Below are positions 40,462 through 54,993 of a stretch of 64,000 nt of DNA, in pieces. The notes beneath the pieces are model-generated. The model did no database searches and was not told where the DNA came from. It saw only the letters and a list, made by a program, of their open reading frames with translations. The DNA is from the human T2T-CHM13v2.0 reference genome, Homo sapiens. Where the stretch lies: the NCBI RefSeq assembly GCF_009914755.1, contig NC_060938.1; one strand, given 5' to 3'. Both the position numbers and the translations under genes were made by a program. Numbering within the stretch: the stretch's first letter is position 1; every line of letters starts with the position of its first letter.

Positions 40462-40699
40462 CTTATACAAAAGGAGATACAACTGTTTGTTATTAAAATA
40501 AAGGAATTATTATTTTGCAGCCGACTAGCTAAAATGTAACCCTTATTACTTTCTCCCTTATACATTAGTTATGCATATTTTATAGTTAAGCAATTAAAAT
40601 TAGGTGCATCCTTTCTTCCTAAAGGAATAAACATTCTCCTTCCTCTGCAGCTCATTAGAAAATGTCTACTAGAGAAGAAAAGGCTTCCCTTGAGGCACT

Positions 40700-40865
40700 T
40701 GGGCTTCTCAAACATTACTGTGAACACAAATCACCCAAAGGATCTCATTAAAATGCAGATTCTAATTCCGGGGGTCTGTGGTGAGCCCTGAGATTCTGCA
40801 TGTCCAATAAGCACCCAGGTGATACTGATACTGCTGGTCTATGGACCACACTCTGAATAGCAAGG
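40700..40865. mobile_element. MER5A DNA transposon
   Basis: aaaatgcagattct...ctgagattctgcat...caggtgatactgatactgctggtctatggaccacact. Confidence 0.85.
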
Positions 40866-41714
40866 TATAAAAGCAAGGTATAAAAACATAACTTGTGGGG
40901 AGGGCTCACAGAATATGATTTAGATATAAGGCAGTACTTCTGATACTAAAAAAAAAAAGGATGTATACCATTTTTGTGAAGGAAAAAATACACACAAACA
41001 CACACACAGCATAAGTTTAAAAAAAGTCACACAGGCACTTAATTGTTGTACTTATAAAATGAACACATAGACAAAAGCCTAGTTAGCAATCACTTCTGCA
41101 ATATATACCTCAAAAAGTTACATATTTTTATAAGTATCGGTTACATGGAGCAATAAAAGTTTCAATAGGTTATTTTTATACTATGGAAACTAAATTTTTA
41201 GCTTGTAATTTGAGTATATATGTATGTAGTATGTGTCTATGTATGTGTATAAGTGTGTGTGTTTGCATCATACACAGATTCAAATTTTGTATGTCAAAGA
41301 TTATGTAATGCATTTCAGTGACAGATAACACAAGTTGATGATCCAAACACTTTGGTTTCATGTCTGTTTCTTCAGTAAAAATCTTACTTTTTGTGCTTAC
41401 AGAATTATCCATACAATACAGAGACTTTCTTTCTGGAAAGAATCCTATACTTTCAGTTGTCTAAATATTAAAAACAATGGCGATCATCAAAATAAGCCAT
41501 ATGCAGCTATGCATCCTGTAACTCTGAGAATGAATTATTATAATAGTACAAAAGGAAGTAAGGACATCTAGAGTATCTATTCTCTACCTGTTGCATTCCA
41601 ATGAAGTCAATACAACTATCCCAATGTCCTGAGTACATAGAACAGCCAGATATTAGAAATGAAACACATTTCTAAGATTCTTTTCTATCTGGATACAAAA
41701 AACAACACAGTCAA

Positions 41715-41880
41715 TATTCATTGTGTACTTCCTATATTCCAGAGAGTATGGTAGTTGCTTTACATCTCTTTGCTCAGCTATTCCTCACAGCAACCTAGTG
41801 AGGTTAAGCCCTGTTATCCCCATTTTGCAAGCAAAACAGAAATGCTAAGAAATCCATCCTTGGTCACAGAGCAAGACAGC
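41715..41880 (-). mobile_element. MIR
   Basis: tcctcacagcaacctagtgagg...ttatccccattttgca. Confidence 0.65.
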
Positions 41881-42099
41881 TCCTTTTTTCCTCTGAAAAG
41901 ATAGGTAAAAAATCCTCTTAATAGTTCTCAACCATGGATACACAATGTGATCACCTGGAAGGCTTTTGCAGTAGTAATTCCTAGATGCTACCTCTTAGAG
42001 ATTCTAACATAAATTGTCTGATATTTGGTTTTCATAGCCAGAGCTGAAAACCACTGTTCTGGAGCATTTAAATAATCTTGTTCTCTTCTACTCCCATCA

Positions 42100-43700
42100 G
42101 TGTAACCAGATGATGACCTCATTTCTCATTTCTCAAGGACAGTAGATGCTATGTAATGGACACTTTCTATCCACATCCCCTTCCTCTGGCCTACACTGGA
42201 GAGTAATTTTTGAATCTTCTCTTCCCCCAGCCCAAACTCCTTTCCAGGAACATCCCTAAATACATTTCCATTGCTATTTTAAAATGATTAAATTTCTCTT
42301 ATTTTTTAAAACAAAAACGAAAAGCCCTCTTTGTCATCACATAACCTTTCAGCCCATCCTATCCCAACAAAGCCAAATTTCTTCCCCAAATTATCCGTAA
42401 CGGATGACAATATTTCCTGCCACTCATACATTACCCTGTTAGCCTGGTTTCTACCTCAACTCTCAATATAATCTATTCACACCAAAATTACTTTTCACCC
42501 AATATCTCTCCTATCAGTAGTTGACTCTTAATATTTTCCTTTCCCAATTGTTTATTTTCATTGCTGCAACACTGCACTTTCCAGGCTTTTTCTCCTATGA
42601 TTTGTAAGGTCCTTCTTAGTCACTTTGCAAGCTTCTTGTCTTGCACACATTGATGCAAGACAAGGGTTTCTCATAATATCTAATGCAAGCTTGTCCAACC
42701 CACACCCTGCAGGCCGCACGTGGCCCAGGACAGCTTTGAATGCCGCCCATCACAAATTTGTAAACTTCCTTAAAACATTACGAGATTTTTTTAAGTTTTT
42801 TTTTTTTTTAGCTCATCCGCTATTGTTAGTGTTAGTGTATTTTATGTATGACCCAAGATGAAGGTTCTTCTTCCAATGTGTCCCAGGTGTGCCAAAAGAT
42901 TGGACACCTATGCATGGACATGAAACCATATGAATACTGTTATGGGATGTAAATCACAAATCCTGATGCCCTGTTTAATCTTTCTTGAACTGTGCATTCA
43001 TATGTCCTACTATAAATTAGACATGTCTGCAGTCACTTAATATGTCCAAGGGCAAACTCATCATCCTCCTGCACAAAATTTTATCATCCATTTTCCCTAT
43101 AGAAATGAATGGTGCCATGAATTCACTCCCATCCCAGAAACATACCTGCATTCCTGAAACCTCTCTCTTCCTACACAAACATCCAATCATTGAGTCCAAA
43201 CCAATCATTAAGTCTTTTTAATCCTTAAATATGTCTTCTTGATATCATCCTTACTTTCCCAGCCTGGCTGCTATTATCTAGTACCTAAATTACTATTCCT
43301 AACTGTTCCCAGTTTTGTTCATTCCCTCTACTCCAATACACAAATGGTAGTCATGAGAAACATTGTAAAAAGCAAACTGTAAAAGGTCATGTTTCTTAAT
43401 AAAACTTCAGTGGTCCTACAGTTCCCTCAGAATAAAGTTCAAACTTGTTATCTTAAAAGATCCTTCATGAACTGATCATTATTTTCCTTTATGGTCTTAT
43501 AGCATGTGATTTTGTCTTTCACATTAAAAGAAACATAAATAATGACCTTCTTAATTTTCCTTGAGTTTGTCATGCTCTTTCTGGCTTCTAAGACTTGGCA
43601 TAGTTTCTTTTCTTTCTTTTTTTTTGAGGGGGGGGCTCTTCCTTTCCTTCCTTCCCCAACCTCTCTCTCCTTCTGATTAACACTTCACTTATCTTTCAAG
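42100..43700 (+). mobile_element. Degraded L2 (hosts MER30)
   Basis: Pyrimidine-rich L2 text (aatatgtccaagggcaaactcatcatc, cagaataaagttcaaact). Confidence 0.6.
42687..42911. mobile_element. MER30 DNA transposon
   Basis: caagcttgtccaaccc...caggacagctttgaatg...gccaaaagattggacacc. Confidence 0.85.
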
Positions 43701-43719
43701 TTTTTTTTCAACAATAAAT

Positions 43720-43935
43720 GCTCATACTTTTAACTCGGCCTGTGTTTGAACTGGGACTCTATCATTTCTTACAGTGTGAACCTGAAGGAGTTGTTTAACT
43801 TCTCTAATTTGCAACTACCTCCTCTTTAAAATGAGGATAATGGAAATATGTTATCTCATATAACTATATAAATGTTAAATGAGATAATGCTTGTAAAGTG
43901 GTTGGCATGCTGCCTGGCAAATGTTGTCAATAAAT
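43720..43935 (+). mobile_element. MIR
   Basis: ctttaaaatgaggataat...ttaaatgagataatgcttgtaaagtg. Confidence 0.7.
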
Positions 43936-44490
43936 ATTATTTTCATGCACCTGGGATGCTTTCATTGACCCTAGAAATGTTTTTGGTCAGTATCCTAACT
44001 GCGCTCATCATGCCCCCTACTGCTCCTGTCATTGTTCCCATTACATGGAACGACGATGTCTTTTTTTATTGTTCCAAATCTTCCACTATATTGAAGCTCT
44101 TAAGGGTCAGGACTATGCCCATTTTATTTGCTGCTGAATTCTGGACACCTGACACAGAGATGAGCCCATAACAACACCAGTTAAACCTTAGTTCAATAAA
44201 GAGCAGGGGGCTTTGGAATTCCAAAGAACTCTCCAACTACACAGGCTGTGCACTTTTAAAAGCTGCTCCTGGAAGGAATAATCATAGTATTTGTGCATGT
44301 GTAAGTGTGTAAATTGAACCATTCAGGGATAATCTCTAACACTGTTTACTTTTTTAAAATGTGAGATGTTAGTTTATGTTGTAAACACTTTAGTAAACAT
44401 GTAGTATAAATAAATTCATAGGTAAACATGACAAAACTAAGTGGGCATATAAGAAAAAATGCCAAATTTCAGTTTGAAGAATTCCAATAC

Positions 44491-44595
44491 ATCCCAAAAT
44501 ACTGGTATCACATCAGTAATTTCCAGTGAACTACACTGCACATTTTGCTTATTTTACAAATGCTGTGCGAAAGTTGCAGAATTCTACTGATGCTG
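44491..44595 (-). pseudogene. Exon remnant SISRILQLSHSICKISKMCSVVHWKLLM*YQYFG (or terminal TASVEFCNFRTAFVK* if joined directly to the 48827 exon)
   Basis: Strong acceptor tttgtcttgtctttatag (NAGNAG), donor GTATTG, 105 nt. Confidence 0.45.
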
Positions 44596-45789
44596 CTATA
44601 AAGACAAGACAAATTTTAGTTTGCAGTCCACTTTAAATATATGATAGACCATTTACCCTGGGTCTAATTCTTCCCTGGGTCTAAGCACCTTCAAAAATAC
44701 TTCCTGTAGGTTAGCTAAAGGATCCTGAGTTTTGTAACATAAGGATTGGTGCAAACTCTATTAACTGGGTCCGAAATGTTTAGATGACAAACTCCCTACA
44801 TTAAAATACTATAAAGGTGAAAGGTTTGAAAAATAGACTGTCCTTTCCTAGGATGAAGTACAGACCAAAGTGTATCTAGCCAGTAAGTGGATCCTTTAAG
44901 AAAGAAAATAAAGTACATATCTTTTGGGAGGTAATTTGGAAAAATGTTTGTATAGTTTGACTCAGTAATCCTCTCTCAAGGAATTCACCTTAAATATAAA
45001 AAGAAAAAAGCCAAATGCACCATTTGTTGTAATTTTTTGCTTAGTGTGGTATTTCTCAAAATAGAGGGGAAAAACTAAAATCTATCTAGATTCAAAATGA
45101 ATTTTGTATATTATGACACATCAAATGCAGCCCTTAAAATTAGTTATATCATAAGCACTTTTCATGTTATCATAAAATATCATACAAAATATTTGATATA
45201 AACTGATTTCAATTATGTAAAAAATTATATAATCATATCAAGAAGTAGACAAGAAAACAAATAATTTATTAGTTGTATAACTGTGTAAGCTCACTTAATA
45301 AATTCTGTGTAATATGCATATTTTTATATGTGTCCATTTAAAAAAATTCCTCAAATGTAAAAACACAGTCTTAGAATTTTATTAATGTTGTCTGTTCTAA
45401 AAGAAAAATCGCTTGTAAATCTGGCCTCCAGTAAACAAAACTGTTTTTTCTTTTTTAGCTTTTCTAAGCTATATTTTGTGCTACATTTTTTTAAATAAAA
45501 TGATCAACTTTCTATTTCATATGCCTAAACCATAAACTTTAGTTAGACTGATTGATCTTAGTAGCAGTTAATCTGACTTCATGAGTTCTTGAGCCCCAGT
45601 TCATATAGGCAAAGAATACTTTTGTTTTATTTACTTTGTGACAAATGAAAAATCTATAGGATGCTAGGCAAAAGGCTTATTGCTCTTAGAGTCTTCCATC
45701 TCAATCATTACCATGTTCAGGTTCACTAACTGAATCACTTTCAAAAGAGCACATTAGTATGAAATAAAACTATTTCAATGGCAGGCTAA

Positions 45790-46000
45790 AAAATCATAGT
45801 TTAACACTTCTTTAATAAACTGTGTGACCTCAGGCAAGTGACTTAACATCTCTGTGCTTCAAATTGTTCATCTGATTATTATCATGGGTAATAATAATAA
45901 TACCTACCCAATAGAGTTGTGCTGAACATTAAATGTTTTTATAGACAGAAAACATTTAGATCAGTAAATGGCAGGTGGTAAACAATATTTATGAATTGTA
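45790..46000 (+). mobile_element. MIR
   Basis: ctgtgtgacctcaggcaagtgacttaacatctctgtgcttc. Confidence 0.75.
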
Positions 46001-46987
46001 TCATCGTCACTCATTTTTAATCACAGCTAGTTTTTATATTAAAGTACTCTACAAAGCATGGCAAGAAATAAATTTTATGTTGTTTTTCTAAGAGAAAGTC
46101 CAAGGATTCTGTATCTCAAAGTTTTGACCTTAAGCAGGTCACTTATTTATCTGAGTATCAGGTTCATCACTAATAAAATCAGATAAATGCCTACATTATG
46201 ATTTAGACATGATTAAATGAGACATACAACAGAATTGAATATGATATCATCAATTTATTCTCTCCTAATTTTTATATGACCTGACGTAGTATCTAACACA
46301 GAGCATATGGTTTACAAATAATAATACTTTTTAAAAGTAGGGATAATTGTGCGAAAAAAAGTTGCTCCAGTAGACATGAATTTAATTTATAAAAACTAAC
46401 TTCAACAGGCTGAATGCCATGAGTTGTCATCATCCCTTACATATTAAATGTACTTTGATGCCAAAGTGCTAATACCTTTCTACAAGGCTAGAAAAATATC
46501 AATTTCTGGGTACAAAGGACTGTGGCCATTATCTGATTTAAATCTGTCTTCAGAGAAAACAATTAACCCCCCAAATTCAATGGTCCTTAAAATCAGAAGT
46601 GTGAATGTTTTATAATCTTGCAACTCAAACTTTCAGGAACAATAATGCTGATTTGCTGTCAGGAAAATTATTCATGCCTTGTTATCTTCCAGTGAGTGTA
46701 GGTTTTTTAATACAAGCAGTGTGTGAATATCGAAGAATAAGGTGGAAAAGTATTAAATTAGAAAACATAAAAATAGACACATCTTATGTAAGACATAATC
46801 TGAGAGAACGATGGTGAGACAATAAACTTATTGACAAAAAACACAGGCCATTTGCAAATCTTCATTCAAAAAGTTGTCTATTTTAAAATGCTCGAGCAAC
46901 TAAGAAGCAGCAGGATAAATCGGAAATTTTTTTCAAAAAGCTACTTAGGGAATAAGGCTTGCCAGTAAAGGACAAATAATTTCTTAC

Positions 46988-47073
46988 AACATGGATATCA
47001 TATCACTACATCTGATCTTTTTATGGTTATATAATACTTTCAAACACTTTGATCCCCCCAGACTCAAAAACTC
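46988..47073 (-). pseudogene. Exon remnant EFLSLGGSKCLKVLYNHKKIRCSDMISM
   Basis: Acceptor tgtgttttag, donor GTAAGA; open in phase 0->2. Confidence 0.45.
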
Positions 47074-47370
47074 CTAAAACACATATATCTTCATAAGGTA
47101 TAACTTGAATTTAAGCAAAAAAGGTAAAAGAATATTAATTTTACTATTAAAAGCAACAACTTCTCAGTATAACTGGAAATAAACTGTGTGAAACCTCAAA
47201 GCTGTCTAATTGTGCCTTCATTCATGCAAATGAAGAAGGCAGTTTTTGTTGGTTTCCAGGTTTGAATTAATCATCAGAGCAAAATCCACTAAAATTGTTG
47301 TAGCTACAGAAAGCTACATCAACTGAAGATATCTAGCATCCAGAAGCCAGCATTAATAAATGCTTGAGTG

Positions 47371-47908
<538 letters not shown>

Positions 47909-47939
47909 TTACAATGTTTTAAACATCATAATAAATATG

Positions 47940-48160
47940 TACACCCCTTTTCACATTTCAACATATAAAACAACTTTATGAGACCCGCTATTTTATCTGC
48001 ATTTTATAAATAAGGACACAAGTCTCATAAAACATACTTATGGATATGGGTATGTATATGAAGTGGAATGAGTTGACCAAGATCACCCAGTTGGCTAGGG
48101 GTACAAACAGGATACAAATCCAAGTAGAATAATTCAAGCGCTTCTAACTCTAACCATTAT
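47940..48160 (-). mobile_element. MIR
   Basis: attttataaataaggacac...gaccaagatcacccag. Confidence 0.55.
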
Positions 48161-48826
48161 GAGATGCTGGTTTTGTTGGTTGTTAAGATACCCACAGTTA
48201 TTTAATTTTATGAATAAACTATTTAACTTTGGCAGCAAATTATTTAAAATAACTAAATTCCGCATAAATATAAGAAAATGAATTTGAGAGGAAAACCACT
48301 CTCCTAATAGCTAAGTTCCTCCTGAGATAATACAGCCAAATTGTCACTTAAAATAACCAGTACAAAAATTTAGTTTTAAACAATTTTCCAAGAATATCCT
48401 GGTGAAACTTCAAGGAAATAATTTTTGGAGGTTTAAATATCTCCCCAAAAGTTTGTACCACTCCTACCTCTTAAAAATCTAAATTCTGCATATTGTAAAT
48501 ACATGTAGCTCTGCATAAAAATGCCCTCATGTAACATATTATAAGAAATAAAAACTCATGCGAATTCACCATAGAAAATGTTATCCAAATTGTAAGTGCA
48601 AGTTAGTTTTTAGATAGTGTCAAGTGTCAGATTTCAGATATGATATACGTAATACTAAACTTTAGCTGGTCTCATTTCATTGTTCTTCTTGGATGAACTT
48701 TCATGCTAATTGCACAGCTCTGTTCCTACACTGGCTTTGGTGAGGCAAACTAAAACACACTAAGATTAAATGTCTACGCTGTTACCCAAAGAGATGATAT
48801 GACACAACTCTGATTCATTTGCTTAC

Positions 48827-48897
48827 TGTCTCCTTTGCCACCATCATTCTCAATCAAATCCTGCCAGGCTTTGAACATGTGATTATAGTCTTCAAAG
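48827..48897 (-). CDS. Stop-free exon, 71 nt: FEDYNHMFKAWQDLIENDGGKGD
   Basis: Acceptor ctgtgattctgttgtag, donor GTAAGC; only one frame open; phase 2->1. Confidence 0.6.
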
Positions 48898-49479
48898 CTA
48901 CAACAGAATCACAGAAGCTGGTTTAATGATGCCTAAAGCAAATAATTTAGATGAGGCCCCTGACATCCACAGTCAGAAATACTCAGTAGAAAAGGGGTCC
49001 ATGCTAAGTCTGTACGTGTCCACAGAATACACGTGTGCATTATGGGTGTGTGTGCAGATATACGAATGTTTACATATAAATATAAAACCCATTTTGCAGT
49101 TGAAATCAATCAAAATAAATTTAATTTGAGCAGTAGGAGTAACAGGCAGAGAGAATTCAGGGGAAGATAATAAATTAGAAACCCAGTTTTGCTGTGAGAA
49201 AACTTAGCAACAACAGTACCTAGAGTAATTTGTGCACCTCAAACAAAAACTGCCTCTCCATCCTTACTTTTGGATGGAATTAATGCCAACATTCATTAAA
49301 TGTATACCATGTGCAGGCTCTTTGGAACATGCAATTGCCAGTGTTAGGTAAGAAGTAGGAATTACAGATCTCCCAAACAATTTCACCTTCATATTTATTC
49401 AGCCTAATCCTGCACCATTACTCCGACTAAAATTCCTGAATAGTTCTGGTCGCCTCTTTTTCTCCCATACCCCTCACCC

Positions 49480-50130
49480 AGTACTCAAAACTGTTAAGCC
49501 TCTACTTTCAAAATGCATCATGAATCTTTGCATCATCTCCTACCCTAGTCCAAACCACATCATCCTTCCCCTTAACTATGGCAAGTGCCTTCTAACAGGC
49601 CTCTCTCATACAGGTTTAACCCTTTATAGTCAAGTCTTTACCCATGCACCAAAGCGATCCCTTTAAAACCTGTGATAGATTATTTCACATCACCATTCAG
49701 ACCCTACAATTCATTATTAAAATGGTCAAGCCTCACACAACTGGGCCCTGGTTACCTCTCTGGTCTCACCTTCTATTACTTTCTCTAGTTCTGTGTAATT
49801 TCTTGGCATTCCTTGAAGATACCAGACATTCACATACATTAGGGTCTTGGCAGTCAGCATTTCCTCACCCTGCAATACTCTACCCTAACTTCATCACATA
49901 ATTTAGGTTTTTGATGAAATGTCACGACAGAAAGTCTTCCCTGGCTACTTTACTTTAATTAGGAACCTCCTGCCATTTTTCTTTATCTTCTCATCTTATT
50001 TTATATTTCTTTATAGCACTTATCACCACCTGATATGCGTGAGTATAAAGGTGTGTGTATAGATATAGATATAAATTTGTTGTCTATTTTACCCTCTTAG
50101 AATGTAAGCTCCATGTGAACAGCGATTTAT
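49480..50130 (+). mobile_element. L2 3' region
   Basis: tttctttatagcacttatcaccacctgat...tagaatgtaagctccatg. Confidence 0.75.
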
Positions 50131-50192
50131 ATCTTTTGAAAATGTCATTTGATTAAAACTTTGATGAAGAAACATATTCACTACCGCCTTAC

Positions 50193-50279
50193 CATGCCTC
50201 ATCCGCCATGAACTTCACTCTCTGAAAAACTCTGTCCCAGACATAGATAAATCCTTTGGCTTTCCTCCACTTTCTTCCC
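50193..50279 (-). CDS. Stop-free exon, 87 nt: GRKWRKAKGFIYVWDRVFQRVKFMADEA(C)
   Basis: Acceptor ctgtctctgttatattcaaag, donor ATG|GTAAGG; only one frame open; phase 2->2. Confidence 0.6.
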
Positions 50280-52271
50280 CTTTGAATATAACAGAGACAG
50301 TAATTTTGTAAAAAATTATTTTGTCTAAGAAATGAGCCCTCCTTGCTTTTACAGTTACTCATGGGCTCCAGCATACGGTGCTTTGCATTTTTGCATCAAA
50401 GCACTACACGTTGAATCCTGCGCACAAGTACGTCATAACTCCTTACAAAAGGGGCACAGATAACCTCTTAGATTTCAAATAAAAAATGCTATTTTTATTC
50501 TTCTTTTATTTAAGACTTTTATGGCATTTCATATTGTATACTGTTCTATGTTTCCATGTGTTTCCCAGTTCAGCTCCTACCAGAGGCTGCTGCTTCCCAG
50601 TCTCTCATTCAAGGACCTCTCCTCCAACAACAATCCGTCAAAATGTTAACACTGTATAAGACTCCACATGTGCCTTTCTGCACAGTAGAAACACTGCCTG
50701 GACAATCTCAAATATCTATATAGCTTAAACTCTCAAATACCCATTATTCACTTTTCCATTCTTAGCTCCTTGAGAAAAGGGGCCTTAACCTGCTCATTAC
50801 TGCATCACTAGCTTTAAGCCCAGTACTTGGTAAAGAATGGAAGGTAAGTATATATCTGCTGAATGAATGAGAACTCTCAAGTAAATGTGTAACTCTAGGT
50901 AACATCTTGCCTTTGTTTCCAGAACTATAGCAAGCTTCCTATTAGCTATGCTCTCTTGACTGGGAGCGTCTTCGCACATTTAATGCACAACATGGTCACA
51001 ACGTAAGTCATATATTTCTCCATCTCCTCTTTCCTCACCCTCAAGTTTAATGCCAAATGGTCCCCTTCTTGGATAGTTTACATCTTGAGTCAAGGATTTG
51101 AGAATCATTTCTGCTCCCTGATGGTGTATATTCAGTTTTCAACTTCTGAAGGTTTTTTCTTCTAAATGTCTCTTCAGTGAGTCTTCCCTCATTTAACATT
51201 GACATGATTATGCCAATTCATGCCCTCATTATTTCTTACCCGATGTACTGCAATGACTTCTGAACTGTCTTTCCTGCCTCCAATTTTACCCCACTAGTCT
51301 TCCTTATGGTTGCTCTTTATTGTTGTGGTTGTTGGCTTTTAATGGTAAAATCATCATGTCATATTCCTTTCTAAAAATTTGTGGAGGGATTTCTGTATCA
51401 TTCTAGAATGCATATAAATCAAATTTTTAGCATATCATAAAAGCCCCAAATGTTAAGAATCCTACCTCTTCTTTGTACATCTTCCTTGACACTTGACTGT
51501 TCTCTCACCTTCTAAGATCCATCTACTCTCCAATAGTTGTCCCACTTCTAGTCATCCAAGTGTCAAAAGTTGTGGCTTACTGAACATGCTTATCCCTCTG
51601 CACAAAATATCCTCACGTCCCTCAATATTTCTGATGCTTTTACAAAGACTTAAACATAATTTCTTTTAAGAAGCCTTCCTTTCTTTATGTTATCATCAAG
51701 CCCTTTCTGCTTTCTCTCATACACAAGATCCCAGTGTAAGGCTGATAAAGGCAGGAGCACTTGTTTCTGGTTCACAGCTAGTACTATAGAGCTTACTATG
51801 ACTTGCACCAAGAAAGTACGTATCAACCATTTCCCGAATAAGCAAGTTCGCAATGATTTCTTTACCTTTTTTTTTTGTTTTCCCTACTCAAGTAGCTCCT
51901 CAATGGCAAGAAGCAATATTCATCTTCTTCCCAGTGAATGAAACACTCATTAAATTACTCATTTAATTAAAAATACAGAAGTATTCATATGTACACCTAT
52001 ACATATGTATGTATTCAATGCAAATTAAGTATGTCTCAACTTGTTATACTTGAAGTGAAGCCAAGAAGTCCATAGGCTTGCCAGGGATACAGATCATTAG
52101 CTTGATTCCTAAATGACCACGTCTGGTCTAAAGGACAAAACAGGTTCCTTAGTCAAGTATATGCAAGTCTGATTCCAGAGCATGATGAGTTACTTCATTT
52201 ACATTGTCAACTCTGCCCACTGTGGACAATTGTAATCCCTGATTCAATGAGTGTCTCTAGAGACATCTCAC

Positions 52272-52306
52272 CATTTCTGTTTACATGAGTCCAGGTCCAA
52301 ATGTGA
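52272..52306 (-). CDS. Stop-free exon, 35 nt: SHLDLDSCKQK(W)
   Basis: Acceptor tctactttttacag, donor ATG|GTGAGA; phase 0->2 bridges the flanking exons exactly. Confidence 0.55.
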
Positions 52307-53302
52307 CTGTAAAAAGTAGACTAATGAAAATACTATAATGAGGATCCAAGTATTAGAGAAAAAGGGAAAGGAGAGAGAAGATCCAGTGAAAGAGAGGATA
52401 CCAAAAAGAAACAGCATTTGAATAGGGAGTTGAATGGTGGCCAGGAGTTCAAAAGTCCAGACGAGAGCCAATAAGAAATCAAAAGAAAGATTGATAAGTA
52501 GTGGCTATCTTCTAAAAAGCTGCTATTTATCATAATGAGGATATCAACCTCTTAGAATATATTTTAGGTTGAACATTTGTGATAACACAATTTGATATTA
52601 AATAATTAGAAAGTTTTGCTGTAATACCTCATCTGCATGTAATAGCTTTAGCTAAGGTTGTCAGGCACTGCATATAAAATGCCATTTCAGAAGTGTATTA
52701 ATTTATTTAGCAGTTCATTCATCAATTGAACTCATTTGATAGGGAAGAGATGCAAGGATAGGAATGGAGAAGAGGAGAGCAGAGGAGAGTGAAGGGGAAA
52801 GAAGAGAATCAGTACAATCTGCAGATGAAAATAAGCTAGAACCCAAGTGGTGAAGAATGGGAACTGGGTGTTACAGTGCTTAATTACCTCATTCCAAATG
52901 TGTAACGTAGGAAAAATTGTAAAGTGGGGTAAAATAAGGTGGGGAGAAGATTCTCTCCCTAGGGGAACTTGCTCTTACAGATGTGAACTACTTTATTTAT
53001 GAATAAGGAATGGACTCTGGAGACAGCTCTGCCACTTGTTATCTCAGTAGCCTTCAGCTATGTACCCATTTCTTACTACTCAGCTCCCTCACCAGTAAAA
53101 TGGGAATTATTTTGGTACTTATCTCATTGGACTCTTATGAGAATTAACTGAATCAGTATTCCCAAGGCACTTAGAAAAGGGCGTGATATATAAATCAGCA
53201 GTACATAACTCTTTATGCTGAACAAATATGTATACATTTTAAGACAATAAAGTGAGCTCAAAACATGACTTTGCAGCATATTAAAAACAGACAATAACAT
53301 AC

Positions 53303-53434
53303 ATCCATTGACCATTCCAAAAGAGGGCTTCGAGAGAGCTTTAGTTCCCACAGATTATCTATCAGATACATTTGGATCAAAAATTTACATTTCTCAGCCT
53401 CACACATATTGCTTGGCAAACACTGCTTCATATC
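53303..53434 (-). CDS. Stop-free exon, 132 nt: DMKQCLPSNMCEAEKCKFLIQMYLIDNLWELKLSRSPLLEWSMD
   Basis: Acceptor gtttgtttgcttggtag, donor GTATGT; only one frame open; phase 0->0. Confidence 0.55.
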
Positions 53435-54314
53435 CTACCAAGCAAACAAACTGTGTTCCTAAATCCATATTATATAGAAGTACTAGAGTCCTCAATTCTA
53501 CCAGCCCTATCTATGTATCTATCTATCTATCTATTTATCATCTATCCATCTCTAGATGATAATATCTGTATTAAAGCATAAACATTGTAAATTCCATAAC
53601 CCAACTTCTGTTAACTAAAAAAGGTTAACTTTGTAAATTTAGCCTCTAGAAGATTAATAAGTGGATTGGTTTATTCGCATTTCATCAAGACTACTCCCTA
53701 ATAACATTTTAAACAATCCAATATAATTTATTTCTTAATGAGCTGGAGATAGATTGGGTTCAAACTCCAGCTGTTTATTTAAGACTAATGGGACTTGGGC
53801 TTAATGTGTCTTTGCCTAATTTTCCTCATATGTCAACAAATAAGGATAACAACAGAGTATTTTGTATGTATGTATGTATGTAAGGCACTTAAAATATCAC
53901 CTGGCAAATACTAACCACTATGTAAGCATTCGCTATTAGCATTACTGTTGTTATTCTGGATAAATCACAATGATTATATTCCTTCCTTATACTAATGAGA
54001 AATCACATTCTATTCTTAAAGGAAGAGCCAAATACATAACAGGTTCTGTAAATCTTCATTTATTTTTAATTCTATTCATAAGCAAAAAATTTTTAAAAGG
54101 AAAATATTTTAAAGTATTACATTATACCATTTTTAATAAAATGTCTATCAAAAGTTGAAAACATATTTAATGAGCAGCCTGTTTTAGCATCTATGGTGCT
54201 TCTTGTCAATCATTTTTTAAATGATGCAGCAATCACTAACATTCACCATTTTTGGACATGCATATGTAAATTAATGATTTCTCTACACCATCAGATTTGC
54301 TATATGGAAATTAC

Positions 54315-54691
54315 CTACATAAATAGCATATGGCAATTTCTTCCCAATGATTCCTAGATACCCATCCCCTAGTAGTAGTTTAATATGCAAGAGAATAGCA
54401 TCCTAGTTCCTGAAATAAAACCTTGCATCTTTCTATCACCAGCCATTCTCAAGTAGGAAAGCAAAGAGGCACCAAATGTTAACGTACCTAACAGTTCTTA
54501 ATCTCTTCTTAAAAGGTCTGCTGTGTACATAAAAAATATCAAGAAGTCATAATTTGACTGACACATTCCTTATGTAATAATCTTCATTTGATAGAATAAC
54601 AAAATGTTTTTACTTTTTCATTTTACCTGCAAAGATAAATTTAGGAACAACCAAGGCCAGGATTTTTAAATGGCATAGATTCTCCACTTTT
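54315..54691 (-). pseudogene. Cluster of three exon remnants (54627-54691, 54488-54520, 54315-54409)
   Basis: All AG/GT-bounded, introns of 106 and 78 nt, and phases chain into the 53434 exon. However, that frame carries 4 stops, so the frame is ambiguous. Confidence 0.35.
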
Positions 54692-54993
54692 CTTTATTTA
54701 AATAGAAAAGAAAAATTTTTGTGAGGGTTACTGATTAAATCAGTTCTTAAAAATACAGTAAAAGCTAAAAGCTCATTACTGAGCACTCTCCTTGTTCAGT
54801 ATAATTTATATAGTGAAAAGGAGGAAATAAGACATTAAAAGGTCATTCAGTGGATCAGAGTGTAGACCAGGTGAGTTTTTCCACAGCCAATTTGAAATTA
54901 GTTTATTAGAGCATCTATACGCATACTGTAAGATATATAAAGATATGTTTTCATAGAAAAACAGTCACTTCAGTCTACATACTAGAATCTGGC

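Noticed and set aside
51650-51941. Protein-like frame GKEIIANLLIREMVDTYFLG
   Set aside because: Overlaps an L2 3'-end remnant and lacks a valid acceptor
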